NCBI GenBank assembly: GCA_016285515.1
Contig: JAEEQW010000006.1
Location: 78 to 64,077 of the forward strand
Direction of reading: 5' to 3'
Origin: Bacteroidales bacterium
Lineage (GTDB): Bacteria > Bacteroidota > Bacteroidia > Bacteroidales > BM520
DNA length: 64,000 nucleotides
Made by a program: the position numbers and the translations under genes. The stretch's first letter is position 1. The number at the start of each line of letters is the position of its first letter. The notes under the pieces are model-generated. The model was not told the DNA's origin. It saw only the letters and a program-made list of their open reading frames with translations, and made no database searches. Shown here piece after piece: positions 9,305 through 18,220 of this stretch.

Positions 9305-11587
9305 CTAATCAAGAGTATATCTGAACCCCAAATAAACCTTTATTCCACTGATAGGTCCCCACACTCTCGATGAATCAAAATATTCCGAGAAAGGATTGTC
9401 GGCACAAACTATAGGATTTTCCTGTTTGTAATTGGTGAGATTCTCGCCGCCAAGATATATGCTCCATCTTCTGAAGTTCTTGGTAACCTGGGCATTCATA
9501 ATGCAATACACCGGCGATGAATCCTCAAAATCGTATATCTCGGGATGTTCATCCGCATAATCCGGTACAGGAAGGCGTTGGTCGCCGTTGACCTGTAATG
9601 TGTAGTCGAAACGCCACTTGTTGAGACGTGTGCCATATGACAGATTAAGCAAACCCTTATATCTGTTGACCATAGGCTTTCTCTCAAGTACGCTGTTGCG
9701 CTCAGTGATATCGCCTACATATTCCGACACCTTTACATCCTGATACCTGAAGGCAAGCACAACGTCGAGACCTTTAAACAGCTCATAGTTTCCTTCAATT
9801 TGAAAGACATTGGAGAATGACCTGCCAGGAAGATTGTAAAAATAAACATATCTGTAGTCATTGTCCATATCTACTATCACCTGATTCTTGAAATGAGTGC
9901 GATAAGCCGAAAGATTAAGTGTCAGTTCTTTCTCATTTATATGGAAATAACGAGTGTAGTTGATACCATAATTCCAGGCCTCCTCCATCTTCAAATTATC
10001 AATAATAACAAGTTGTTTGGAGCTTGCAAGCAATGATGAGTTTTCAGAAAGGATATGAGCGGTTCTATAACCCTTTCCCACTGAAGCGCGGAACACATTG
10101 TGTTCATTGAGCGTATATCTGACGTGAAAACGGGGAGTCACAAAAAAACCGTAGTTGTTGTGATAATCACCACGAATTCCAACTATGACAATAGGCAGAT
10201 TCTCCTTATGGAAAGTGTATTCAAAATAAGCGCCGGGAACACTTTCTGTCATAGTTAACACAGTGTCGTTCAGCACATTGCCTATTACAGGGGCCTCAGC
10301 GCCATCAACTGTGTTGATATGAAGATTTTCAACATAATCATCATAATAATAGCTCAGACCAGTAGAAAACGAATGAGCCTCATCGCCACCAATAATTCCC
10401 TGAAACACAGTGTTGAAATAGAAAGTCTTTTCAACAGCATCGTAAGTGTTCTTCCCATAAAAAGATGTCTGATTATGATATGCGCCTGACGATTTGAAGG
10501 CTATGTTGAAGTCATCATTGAACTCATGACCGCCCTTCAGCAAAGCTTCAAAACGTTTGGTCACGATATTGATACCATATAAGTCGCCGTTATTGGTATT
10601 TTTATAATAAGCCATCTGGCCGCCGGCACGATTTTCATACAATGCATTTAGTGCCATCTGAAGCATGGAGACAGCATCAATGCGGTATTTCCACTTGTTA
10701 CGGATATTGATGGTGGACATCATCGGCATGTCAAGAAACCCGTCGCCGTTATCATCATGTTTCATCTGCATATAACCCGCATGAAGCATAAGGTTGGTGG
10801 AAAGATGCTTGTTGAACTTGACTCTTCCGACAAAGTTGCCTTCACACATCATCATGCTGTTGAACATACCGTTTATGGCAATTTTTTCCTCATCATCAGG
10901 ATCTTTGGTGTTAGTGTTAATCTGTCCGGCAACGGCAGTGTAGCCGTCAACGACCGAAGAGCATCCTTTTGAAATCTGAATGGCCTTCATCCATGTTCCC
11001 GGAAGATACGACAGCCCGAAAGGCTGTGCCAATCCGTAAAGGTCAGGCACATTGTCAACCATCATCTGAGTATAAATTCCCGAAAGGCCCAGAAGCTGAA
11101 TCTGCTTGGCTCCAGTAACCGCATCGCTGTAGCTGACATCCACCGAGGCATTGGTCTCAAAACTTTCACCGAGATTGCAGCACGCCGCCTTACAAAGTTC
11201 AGCTCCAGTGATTTCCTGAACCGAACGGGAGGCCATACGGTCGATATGTGCCGAAGGTTCACGACTCACAATCCTAACTTCCTTCAATTCCTTGTTAATG
11301 CGAAGAAATATCTCAATATCCTTCTGTTTCCTTTCTACAGAAATGGTATCTTTTTCAAATCCTATATAACTTATAACCAACTGTTTATAAGACTTGGACG
11401 GACGCCTCAACTCGAAATATCCTTCAGCATCGGTGGCAGTGCCCTCAGTTGTATTCACCCAGTAAACATTCACACCCGAAATCGGATTCTTTTCCGAATC
11501 GCCATCTTCATATACATGACCTGTGATATTCTGTCCAAATAACATGGCCGGACAGACAGCCAACAATATCAAAAATAATTTTTTCAT
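9305..11587 (-). CDS. TonB-dependent receptor
   Basis: I moved the start to the internal MKKLFLILLAVCPAMLFGQ (ATG at 11587), which gives a proper signal peptide. A CarboxypepD_reg motif (ITGHVYEDGD...DAEGYFEL), a plug and a barrel follow. Confidence 0.8.
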   Translation of the reverse strand: MKKLFLILLAVCPAMLFGQNITGHVYEDGDSEKNPISGVNVYWVNTTEGTATDAEGYFELRRPSKSYKQLVISYIGFEKDTISVERKQKDIEIFLRINKELKEVRIVSREPSAHIDRMASRSVQEITGAELCKAACCNLGESFETNASVDVSYSDAVTGAKQIQLLGLSGIYTQMMVDNVPDLYGLAQPFGLSYLPGTWMKAIQISKGCSSVVDGYTAVAGQINTNTKDPDDEEKIAINGMFNSMMMCEGNFVGRVKFNKHLSTNLMLHAGYMQMKHDDNGDGFLDMPMMSTINIRNKWKYRIDAVSMLQMALNALYENRAGGQMAYYKNTNNGDLYGINIVTKRFEALLKGGHEFNDDFNIAFKSSGAYHNQTSFYGKNTYDAVEKTFYFNTVFQGIIGGDEAHSFSTGLSYYYDDYVENLHINTVDGAEAPVIGNVLNDTVLTMTESVPGAYFEYTFHKENLPIVIVGIRGDYHNNYGFFVTPRFHVRYTLNEHNVFRASVGKGYRTAHILSENSSLLASSKQLVIIDNLKMEEAWNYGINYTRYFHINEKELTLNLSAYRTHFKNQVIVDMDNDYRYVYFYNLPGRSFSNVFQIEGNYELFKGLDVVLAFRYQDVKVSEYVGDITERNSVLERKPMVNRYKGLLNLSYGTRLNKWRFDYTLQVNGDQRLPVPDYADEHPEIYDFEDSSPVYCIMNAQVTKNFRRWSIYLGGENLTNYKQENPIVCADNPFSEYFDSSRVWGPISGIKVYLGFRYTLD

Positions 11588-11718
11588 ACAATTCAAAATT
11601 TCCGTATCTGAATAATTGATAATAAATAATGAAGATATGCAGCATATCACCACATATCGTGCCCCGATGATATGAAACGTAAGACGTTTGCAACCAAAAC
11701 GGGGATGTTTGCAATCAA

Positions 11719-12204
11719 TTAACCGATGGGAAAAATCTTGGAATTATGGAAAATATTGACGATTTGCCTTGCGGTTCCGGCAAACAATACAGGTCGGAAC
11801 GTTTTCATACGATCATTTCCGTCAATCAGGCGATTGAACAAACTGACGTTGAAGTTTTCTGAGTTGTTTAATACCGGCATGAAAATCTCAAAACAATCAG
11901 CAGTCACATTGAACTCATCAATAAAACTGCAATACTGGCATAGGATAAGATAAATGCTTGACAATGAGCATGTATGCGACTGCACATGACAGTTGTCATT
12001 GTTGTCGGACTCATAACTGTCATGGTCATCATAGTGGACACAGTGGACATCATGGATTCCATCTTCAAAGAAGGATATTTCCATTTCATTGTCAACGAAG
12101 CATATATGTTCATACAGATGCAGACCTGTGGAGAAGATCAGCAGCAGAACAATCATGATGACGGTGATTATGTCAGTTATCAGATGTTTCATTTGTGTAT
12201 GCAT
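11719..12204 (-). CDS. Small His/Cys/Asp-rich single-pass membrane protein, first gene of the metal cassette
   Basis: The 161-aa ORF has an N-terminal TM helix (ITDIITVIMIVLLLIFSTGL). This is followed by LYEHICF...HDVHCVHYDDHD...CHVQSHTC...LCQYC. It may be related to the small HYC_CC_PP-type proteins that precede TonB receptors in Bacteroidota, but I did not verify this. Confidence 0.45.
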   Translation of the reverse strand: MHTQMKHLITDIITVIMIVLLLIFSTGLHLYEHICFVDNEMEISFFEDGIHDVHCVHYDDHDSYESDNNDNCHVQSHTCSLSSIYLILCQYCSFIDEFNVTADCFEIFMPVLNNSENFNVSLFNRLIDGNDRMKTFRPVLFAGTARQIVNIFHNSKIFPIG

Positions 12205-12212
12205 GCCTTAGA

Positions 12213-12274
12213 ATTGCAGCATAATTTTCTGCAATTAGGTTTGCAGCTGCAAAAATAGTAAATTTGCTGCAAAT
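12213..12274. promoter_or_regulatory. Three phased TTGCAG/CTGCAA palindromes upstream of the metal cassette
   Basis: The first is ATTGCAG(12213-12219)...CTGCAAT(12229-12235). The second is a perfect 14-bp palindrome, TTTGCAGCTGCAAA (12240-12253). The third is ATTTGCTGCAAAT (12262-12274). Their centres are about 22 bp apart. Confidence 0.45.
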
Positions 12275-12343
12275 GTCAGTCGATAATTGACAAAAAACGT
12301 TTTGAAGAGCGTGTAGGTGCCTATTTGCGTAAGGCTGACAATC

Positions 12344-14887
12344 TCAAAAAGGGGGTTTCAGAAACTTACCTTTTCTACTCCTCCCATCACCATCCACGCT
12401 CTCAACAAAATACAAGCCCGAGGCCCATTCCGAAACATCAAGTGTGATATGAGAAACTCCATTAACCGAAAACGTCTTCTGCCCCAAAGCGTTGTAAACA
12501 TTGATGAGCCCTGATTCTTCCATTTCAATTGTGATGGACGACACGGCAGGATTAGGATAAATCTTCAAGCCGTCGGGAACAAACTGACTCTCAACGATTC
12601 CAATGGGGTCAAAAGGGTCGTTGCCGTCAGTGAGCCAGTTGAGGCTGAAGTTGTAGAATACCGTCGAATAGCCCGAAGCACCCGCGTATTCTTCCTCAAC
12701 ATACAAACCGATTGTGCCGTCGGGAAGTACGCAGAGCGAAGAATAGGCCGAACTGTAGGGTACGATGCACTTGCTGACCGGCCAGGTCTCGCCCTCATCG
12801 TAACTCACATAGACCGTTACATCGGTACGCGAACTGCCGTAAGGCACCGAATGCAACAGTCGGTTGCGGTCGTGGCCTTGGTTTTCGGAGGAGAAACGAA
12901 TCATGTCGCCGTTGCAGGCGGGTGCAATGATGTCGTACCAAGTAGAAGTGTTGGGTAGCCAAGTTTCGCCGCCGTCCTCGGAGATGTTGTACCAACGCCG
13001 TCCCGAATGGCGGATGCTCATCAGGATGCGACCATCCACTAATTCAGTTACTTTGGCCTCATCCCCGCCTACCGAGGCACGCCCCGACACATGCCAAGTC
13101 TCACCGTTGTCGTCGGAATAGACGGCATAGTTGTTGAGCGACTGCGCCGTCGTCTCACGAATTGCGGCAACAAACATGATGCGACCCGTAGAGGTACGCA
13201 GGCCGTTGCCAGAGCCGAAGAACGAGGCGCGCCAAGTGCGCTGCTCCTCATAGATACAGTCATCACCGAAGATGAAATGAGTGATGTCTTCAGGCTCAGT
13301 CCAAGTCTGGCCGTTGTCGTAACTCCTTGAGATATAGGAGCGAATCGGGTTGGAGGGCGTTGAGTTCCAAAGTCCCACACCACCCACAAAGCCCGCGATG
13401 AGGCCGTTGTCGTCGTTGCTCCAGGCCAAGGCACAGTCACCGAAACCATGGTTGACACCAGTGCCCAAGGCGATGGTGTAAGGCTCACTCCAAGTGTGAC
13501 CTCCGTCGCAGCTGCGGTTGCACACGATGTCAATGTCTTGCGGCAGGTCGCCTTCGTTGTATTTGCGCTTGTCGGTGACGGCCACAATGCTTCCGTCCTT
13601 TGCCGTGATGACGGCAGGGATACGGTAATTCGTTGAATTGTAGTCACATGGCTGATAAATCAATTTATGTGCAAGGATGATTTCGCGACTGCCTGTGGGT
13701 GAAGGGTCGTCGAGTTCGTATGTTTCGTCTGCCGTCGTGATAGACTTCAACGAAGCATCGATGAAGTTGCCTTCGGTGGCGTTTTCGGCAACATGCGCCG
13801 CCACCCAAAGGTAGTTGGTGCCAGAAACCAGTTGTCCTCCGACGGGAATAGTTATATCTCCTGCCGCAGGATTGGCGTCTCCAATCAAAGTGGCGCCCTG
13901 CAGAGTACGCTCGTCGAAGAAATTGATGAGACCTGTCAAATAGACATTGATTCTCTCAATATCGTTTAAATCAGTGGTTCCTTCCAGATTGATGCGAAGT
14001 TCTTCAAGCCCAACCGAGGAATTGTCACCTCCAAAGTTCACGGTAGCCTTGAGAATCACATCGTTAGTATTGCCGCGACCCGTCTTACGGGTGTCTTGTG
14101 TCAACGTGACATTCAAGATTTCAACACCTCCAAAGTTGAAATTTACCATTTGCCCCTCGTGTCCATTACCTGAAAGGTCGGCTAAAAGGTTGCCGCTGAT
14201 GTTCTCTGTGGAGAAGTCGTAGGCGGCCAAAAGTCCATCACGCATGGTTGCCGAGAGGTCATATATATTGCTGTTATTCAAGTCAATGGAGATTTCCTCC
14301 GCATTGAGGCCAATGTTGTAGAATCTCACATTGCCGAACGAGCCGTTGCAGAAGTTGTTGGCCTGACCGCCATTGTTGCCAGCTCCGATGAACACGTCGT
14401 GCGTGTTGGTGACAGCCCAGCCGCCGACCGAGGCGACCCAAGCGTCGCTAGTTTCACCGTTGTGGTAGATGCGGATTTCGTCGTTGGCGCGATCCACGAC
14501 GAGTGCAAAGTGCATCCATTCACCTGCCGGCACCGTCACACCAGTATAGACCGACAGTGCGTGTCCCGTAGTTGAGGTGGGCGTATTGAGACCCAAAGAC
14601 TGACCTACGTTACCCGTTCCAAAGAACTCATAACCACTGCGTTCGTCGCCAGAACCTTGTACCGACATGTCGCGTTTGCATACATAGCGCGGCGTTGATG
14701 TATATGTCTCGTTGCGTACCCATCCCGTGAGGGTGAAACTCGCGTCTGCGGCGATGTCGAAATCCTCGTGATGCGGGATGACCAAATACTGGTCGGTGCC
14801 GTTGAAGGTGATGAAATGGCTGGGCTGTGCGAAAACACTTGCCCCTATTGCCATCAAAGCAATGATGAGGGTGTATCTTTTTTTCAT
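12344..14887 (-). CDS. Exo-alpha-sialidase with N-terminal LamG-like and BNR-associated domains and a T9SS C-terminal sorting domain
   Basis: The 847-aa ORF has a signal peptide and the YRIP motif (NYRIPAVITAKDGSIVAVTDKR). It has five Asp-box/BNR repeats (SCDGGHTW, SYDNGQTW, SDDNGETW, SEDGGETW, SYDEGETW). The C-terminal Por_Secre_tail-like sequence is LKIYPNPAVSSITIE...GLYFVESV. Confidence 0.85.
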   Translation of the reverse strand: MKKRYTLIIALMAIGASVFAQPSHFITFNGTDQYLVIPHHEDFDIAADASFTLTGWVRNETYTSTPRYVCKRDMSVQGSGDERSGYEFFGTGNVGQSLGLNTPTSTTGHALSVYTGVTVPAGEWMHFALVVDRANDEIRIYHNGETSDAWVASVGGWAVTNTHDVFIGAGNNGGQANNFCNGSFGNVRFYNIGLNAEEISIDLNNSNIYDLSATMRDGLLAAYDFSTENISGNLLADLSGNGHEGQMVNFNFGGVEILNVTLTQDTRKTGRGNTNDVILKATVNFGGDNSSVGLEELRINLEGTTDLNDIERINVYLTGLINFFDERTLQGATLIGDANPAAGDITIPVGGQLVSGTNYLWVAAHVAENATEGNFIDASLKSITTADETYELDDPSPTGSREIILAHKLIYQPCDYNSTNYRIPAVITAKDGSIVAVTDKRKYNEGDLPQDIDIVCNRSCDGGHTWSEPYTIALGTGVNHGFGDCALAWSNDDNGLIAGFVGGVGLWNSTPSNPIRSYISRSYDNGQTWTEPEDITHFIFGDDCIYEEQRTWRASFFGSGNGLRTSTGRIMFVAAIRETTAQSLNNYAVYSDDNGETWHVSGRASVGGDEAKVTELVDGRILMSIRHSGRRWYNISEDGGETWLPNTSTWYDIIAPACNGDMIRFSSENQGHDRNRLLHSVPYGSSRTDVTVYVSYDEGETWPVSKCIVPYSSAYSSLCVLPDGTIGLYVEEEYAGASGYSTVFYNFSLNWLTDGNDPFDPIGIVESQFVPDGLKIYPNPAVSSITIEMEESGLINVYNALGQKTFSVNGVSHITLDVSEWASGLYFVESVDGDGRSRKGKFLKPPF

Positions 14888-15056
14888 AGTATTTTGGATT
14901 TCCGTGAATTATTAGAAATTGTCAGGGGCAAAATTAAGATTATTCCGATGAATTTGCAACCATTTCTTTTTGCCAGCGAATTATGCCAGACACTATTACC
15001 ATATAAATAAAAAAGGGATGGGTGTGCAAAAAAGGCTATCTTTGCACTCGAATACT

Positions 15057-16454
15057 ATGACCATGTCCAACATCAACGATGAGCGAAAACTCAACGAGCG
15101 ATATAAAATGATGACAGAGCAGCCCGTCAAACGGCTGATCCTCAAGATGGCCGTACCGACCATCATCAGTATGCTCGTGACAACCATTTACAATATGGTG
15201 GACTCGTTTTATGTGGGGCATCTAAGCACCGAAGCCGTGGCAGGCGTAGGTGTCTCTTTTGCTTTCATGGCTTTCATCAACGCTTGCGGTTTCTTCTTCG
15301 GTCACGGCTCCGGCAACTACATCTCGCGTGCCTTGGGGGCCAAGCAAGGGCAGAACGCAGGGCGCATGGCAGCCACAGGATTCTTTACGCCGTTGATTGT
15401 TGGTGCTGTTGCCGGTTGTATTTGCCTGATATTCATCTCACCTTTGTCGCGGGCGATGGGCGCCACCGAGAGCATCCTACCCTACGCCAACGACTACTTA
15501 CGTTTCATCCTGATTGCCACACCTTTCATGATGTCGTCGCTGACACTCAACAACCAGCTGCGACTGCAAGGCAACGCTCGTTTCGGCATGATTGGCATCG
15601 CCTCGGGTGCCATCCTCAACATTATCCTCGACCCAATCTTCATCTTTGTGCTTGACATGGGTGTCAGCGGGGCTTCGCTGGCCACAGCGGTGAGCCAGTG
15701 CTTCGGTTGGTGCATCTTGCTTTGGAGTACCTCTCGACCAGGTAATGTCCATATCAAATTCAAGAATTTCATTCCTACCCTATACTATTACAAGGAAATC
15801 ACGCGAGGCGGCTTGCCTTCGCTGGCGCGACAGGCCTTGTCGGTGGTGTCAACCATCAGTCTAAACCGCATGGCAGTGCACTATGCCTTGCCTGGCAACG
15901 AAGCCTCCACCGTGGCTGCATTCACCATAGTATCGCGTATCACAATGTTCTGCTTTGCCATCGTCATCGGGTTCGGACAAGGCTTCCAGCCTGTATGCGG
16001 CTATAACTACGGCGCTAAACTTTATGCGCGTGTCAAAGAGAGTTATATGTTTTGCATTACGATTACCACAGCGTTTCTGATTGTTTTAGGAGCAGTGGTT
16101 TACTTCTTTGCTCCCGACATCATCTCGTGGTTCCGTGGCGAAGACTCCGAACTCATCCGCGTGGGCAGTCAGGCTTTGCGCTGGCAGTGCATCGCTTTCC
16201 CGCTGATGGGCATGTGTACCGCAACAAACATGCTGTTCCAAAACATTGGCTACACTTGGCAGGCCACACTGCTTTCGATGTGCCGACAAGGCTTGTATTT
16301 CATGCCTGCGGTCTTAATCATGCCTTGGCTGTTTGGCATCACAGGTCTCGAAGCCGCACAAGCCGTCGCCGATATTTGCACCTTCTTGACCTCGTTGCCG
16401 TTTGCTATATGGATTATTAGGGAACTAACCGCGAAGTCACAGCAGAATGTGTGA
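15057..16454 (+). CDS. MATE family efflux transporter
   Basis: The sequence is 12-TM-like and hydrophobic. The MATE N-terminal signature is PVKRLILKMAVPTIISMLVTTIYNMVDSFYVGHL. I chose the ATG at 15057 because it lies downstream of a TATCTTTG box. The ORF is open from 14970. Confidence 0.85.
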   Translation: MTMSNINDERKLNERYKMMTEQPVKRLILKMAVPTIISMLVTTIYNMVDSFYVGHLSTEAVAGVGVSFAFMAFINACGFFFGHGSGNYISRALGAKQGQNAGRMAATGFFTPLIVGAVAGCICLIFISPLSRAMGATESILPYANDYLRFILIATPFMMSSLTLNNQLRLQGNARFGMIGIASGAILNIILDPIFIFVLDMGVSGASLATAVSQCFGWCILLWSTSRPGNVHIKFKNFIPTLYYYKEITRGGLPSLARQALSVVSTISLNRMAVHYALPGNEASTVAAFTIVSRITMFCFAIVIGFGQGFQPVCGYNYGAKLYARVKESYMFCITITTAFLIVLGAVVYFFAPDIISWFRGEDSELIRVGSQALRWQCIAFPLMGMCTATNMLFQNIGYTWQATLLSMCRQGLYFMPAVLIMPWLFGITGLEAAQAVADICTFLTSLPFAIWIIRELTAKSQQNV

Positions 16455-16500
16455 CCTTGCCATCCGTGTTCAGGTTCCTCCATAATGTCTTAAACTGAAA

Positions 16501-16596
16501 AAAGTTGACACTTTTGGGAGCAATACCGAAAGTGTCCATGAAGGCCTTCAAAAATCGTTTAGTGGACACTTTTTTATATCAAAATGTGTCTATGAA
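16501..16596 (+). promoter_or_regulatory. Two pairs of direct repeats upstream of the first ATPase gene
   Basis: One pair is AAAGTTGACACTTTT (16501) and TTAGTGGACACTTTT (16558). The other pair is AAAGTGTCCATGAA (16529) and AAATGTGTCTATGAA (16582). A TATATTTG -7 box follows at 16609-16616. Confidence 0.4.
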
Positions 16597-16636
16597 ATAA
16601 AAAATGCATATATTTGCAGCGTAAAAACAGAATATT

Positions 16637-18079
16637 ATGCAAGAGATAATTGGCAGAAAAACAGAGCGAAAAGAGCTTGACCGACTTTATGAATCGGGTA
16701 GGCCGGAGTTTGTGGCGGTTTATGGACGCCGGCGCGTAGGGAAAACTTTCCTTATCCGTGAGCATTTTGCAGGACGTTTCGCATTCTGCCACACGGCCAT
16801 CTCGCCGGCAGATTTTCAGGGTCGGAAAACCGACTTGAAGAAAGAACAGTTGCGAGCGTTTTGTTTTAGTATTCAGCAGTTTGGCGGCGATTGGGACGAG
16901 ATGCCCAACGATTGGTTTGAGGCTTTCGCCTGCCTTCGTTCGATGCTTGAACATCGGGGTGAAACGGGACGCAAGTTGGTCTTCATAGATGAACTTCCGT
17001 GGATGGATGTCACGCGGTCGGAGTTTGTGTCGGCGCTTGAGCATTTTTGGAACGGTTGGGGCGCCGGCCGGACTGATTTGATGCTTGTCGTTTGCGGCTC
17101 GGCGGCTTCTTGGATGAACGACAAAATCATCAACAATACGGGTGGACTTTATGGCCGCCTCACTTACGAAATGCATCTTTCACCGTTCAATTTGGCGGAA
17201 TGTGAGCAGTTCTATCACTCGCGCGGCATCAGCATGGACCGTTACGACCAAGTGCAGAGTTATATGGTTTTTGGAGGTATCCCATATTACCTCAATTATC
17301 TCAAACCCTACAACAGCCTTTCTGAAAACATTGATAATCTGTTTTTTGCCAAAAACGGGCGGTTAGTGAAAGAATTTGAGCGGTTGTATAGCTCTTTGTA
17401 TTCCCATTCGGAGAAATATGTGGAAATCGTGCGCTTGCTGTCCACCAAGCGGAGTGGTTTCACGCGAAAGGAAATCGCCGAAGGAACTTCGAACGCTTAT
17501 AACGGAAGGCTTACCAAGATGCTACAATCGTTGGAAAAGAGTGATTTTATTGTCAGTTACACCTATTTTGGCGGCAGTGCGCGGGATGTCTATTACAAGT
17601 TGGTGGACAGGCTTTCGCTGTTCTTTCTATATTTCCTCGACGGGAAAAACCCAAGCAGGCAGGGCTTTTGGACAAAGAATTTACGCACGCCTGAACTGAA
17701 CACTTGGCGTGGCTTGGCTTTTGAAGAGGTGTGTCTGCTTCATCAAGCACAAATCAAGAGAGCATTGGGATTTGGTGCGGTGGATGCCCCTGCTGCGCCT
17801 TGGATAAGCAAAACTGGAAACGCGCAAGTGGATTTGCTGTTCGACCGTAGCGACCGCGTGGTGAATCTGTGCGAAATGAAGTTCACTGCTGACATTCTCA
17901 CCATAGATGCTGATTATGATGCCGAACTTCGCCAAAAAGTGGAACGCTTTGCGGAAGATACAGCTTGCAAAAAGTCCATTCACCTTTCTTTGGTAACCAC
18001 TTACGGACTGACAAAAAACAAGTATTCAGGTCGTTTTCAATCAGTTGTGACGATAGACGAGCTTTTCAATGAGACTTAA
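16637..18079 (+). CDS. ATP-binding protein, archaeal-type ATPase (Arch_ATPase/DUF234-like)
   Basis: The 480-aa ORF has a Walker A motif (VYGRRRVGKTFL) and a Walker B-like motif (LVFIDELPWM). Its overall layout resembles the orphan AAA ATPases common in Bacteroidales. Confidence 0.7.
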   Translation: MQEIIGRKTERKELDRLYESGRPEFVAVYGRRRVGKTFLIREHFAGRFAFCHTAISPADFQGRKTDLKKEQLRAFCFSIQQFGGDWDEMPNDWFEAFACLRSMLEHRGETGRKLVFIDELPWMDVTRSEFVSALEHFWNGWGAGRTDLMLVVCGSAASWMNDKIINNTGGLYGRLTYEMHLSPFNLAECEQFYHSRGISMDRYDQVQSYMVFGGIPYYLNYLKPYNSLSENIDNLFFAKNGRLVKEFERLYSSLYSHSEKYVEIVRLLSTKRSGFTRKEIAEGTSNAYNGRLTKMLQSLEKSDFIVSYTYFGGSARDVYYKLVDRLSLFFLYFLDGKNPSRQGFWTKNLRTPELNTWRGLAFEEVCLLHQAQIKRALGFGAVDAPAAPWISKTGNAQVDLLFDRSDRVVNLCEMKFTADILTIDADYDAELRQKVERFAEDTACKKSIHLSLVTTYGLTKNKYSGRFQSVVTIDELFNET

Positions 18080-18128
18080 TGTGTGTGTGCTGTGCTGCTC
18101 TCAAAATAGTAGCCATCCCGAAAGAGGC

Positions 18129-18212
18129 AAAAATCTCAAAAATGTGTAAAATTGATGGTTGAAAAATCTCAAAAATGTGTATATTTGCCGTGTCAAAAAT
18201 CTCAAAAATGTG
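18129..18212 (+). repeat. Three perfect 18-bp direct repeats, AAAAATCTCAAAAATGTG, phased at 33 bp in the ATPase promoter/leader
   Basis: The copies are at 18129-18146, 18162-18179 and 18195-18212. A TATATTTG -7 box (18180-18187) sits between copies 2 and 3. The ATG is at 18221. Confidence 0.85.
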
Positions 18213-18220
18213 CGAATAGT

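Noticed and set aside
12565-14838. Multiple 60-190-aa ORFs overlapping the sialidase gene (for example 13069..13647)
   Set aside because: The high G+C content suppresses stop codons in off-frames. The sialidase frame carries the RIP and Asp-box motifs, and the others have none.
14970-15056. N-terminal extensions given by the ORF track for several genes (14970, 18152, 20423, 34455, 39050, 49477, 11653, 37918)
   Set aside because: Internal ATGs give canonical signal peptides or family-typical N-termini and lie downstream of TAnnTTTG boxes. The upstream extensions overlap promoters or neighbouring genes.
16574-17176. 200-aa minus-strand ORF
   Set aside because: It is antisense to the well-supported ATPase gene (Walker A/B motifs on the plus strand) and has no recognisable features. 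It is a shadow ORF.
18129-18212. Possible mini-CRISPR array (regularly spaced direct repeats)
   Set aside because: There are only three 18-bp repeats with 15-bp spacers. They sit directly in a promoter and 5' leader that contains a -7 box, and no cas genes are present. This is inconsistent with CRISPR geometry.
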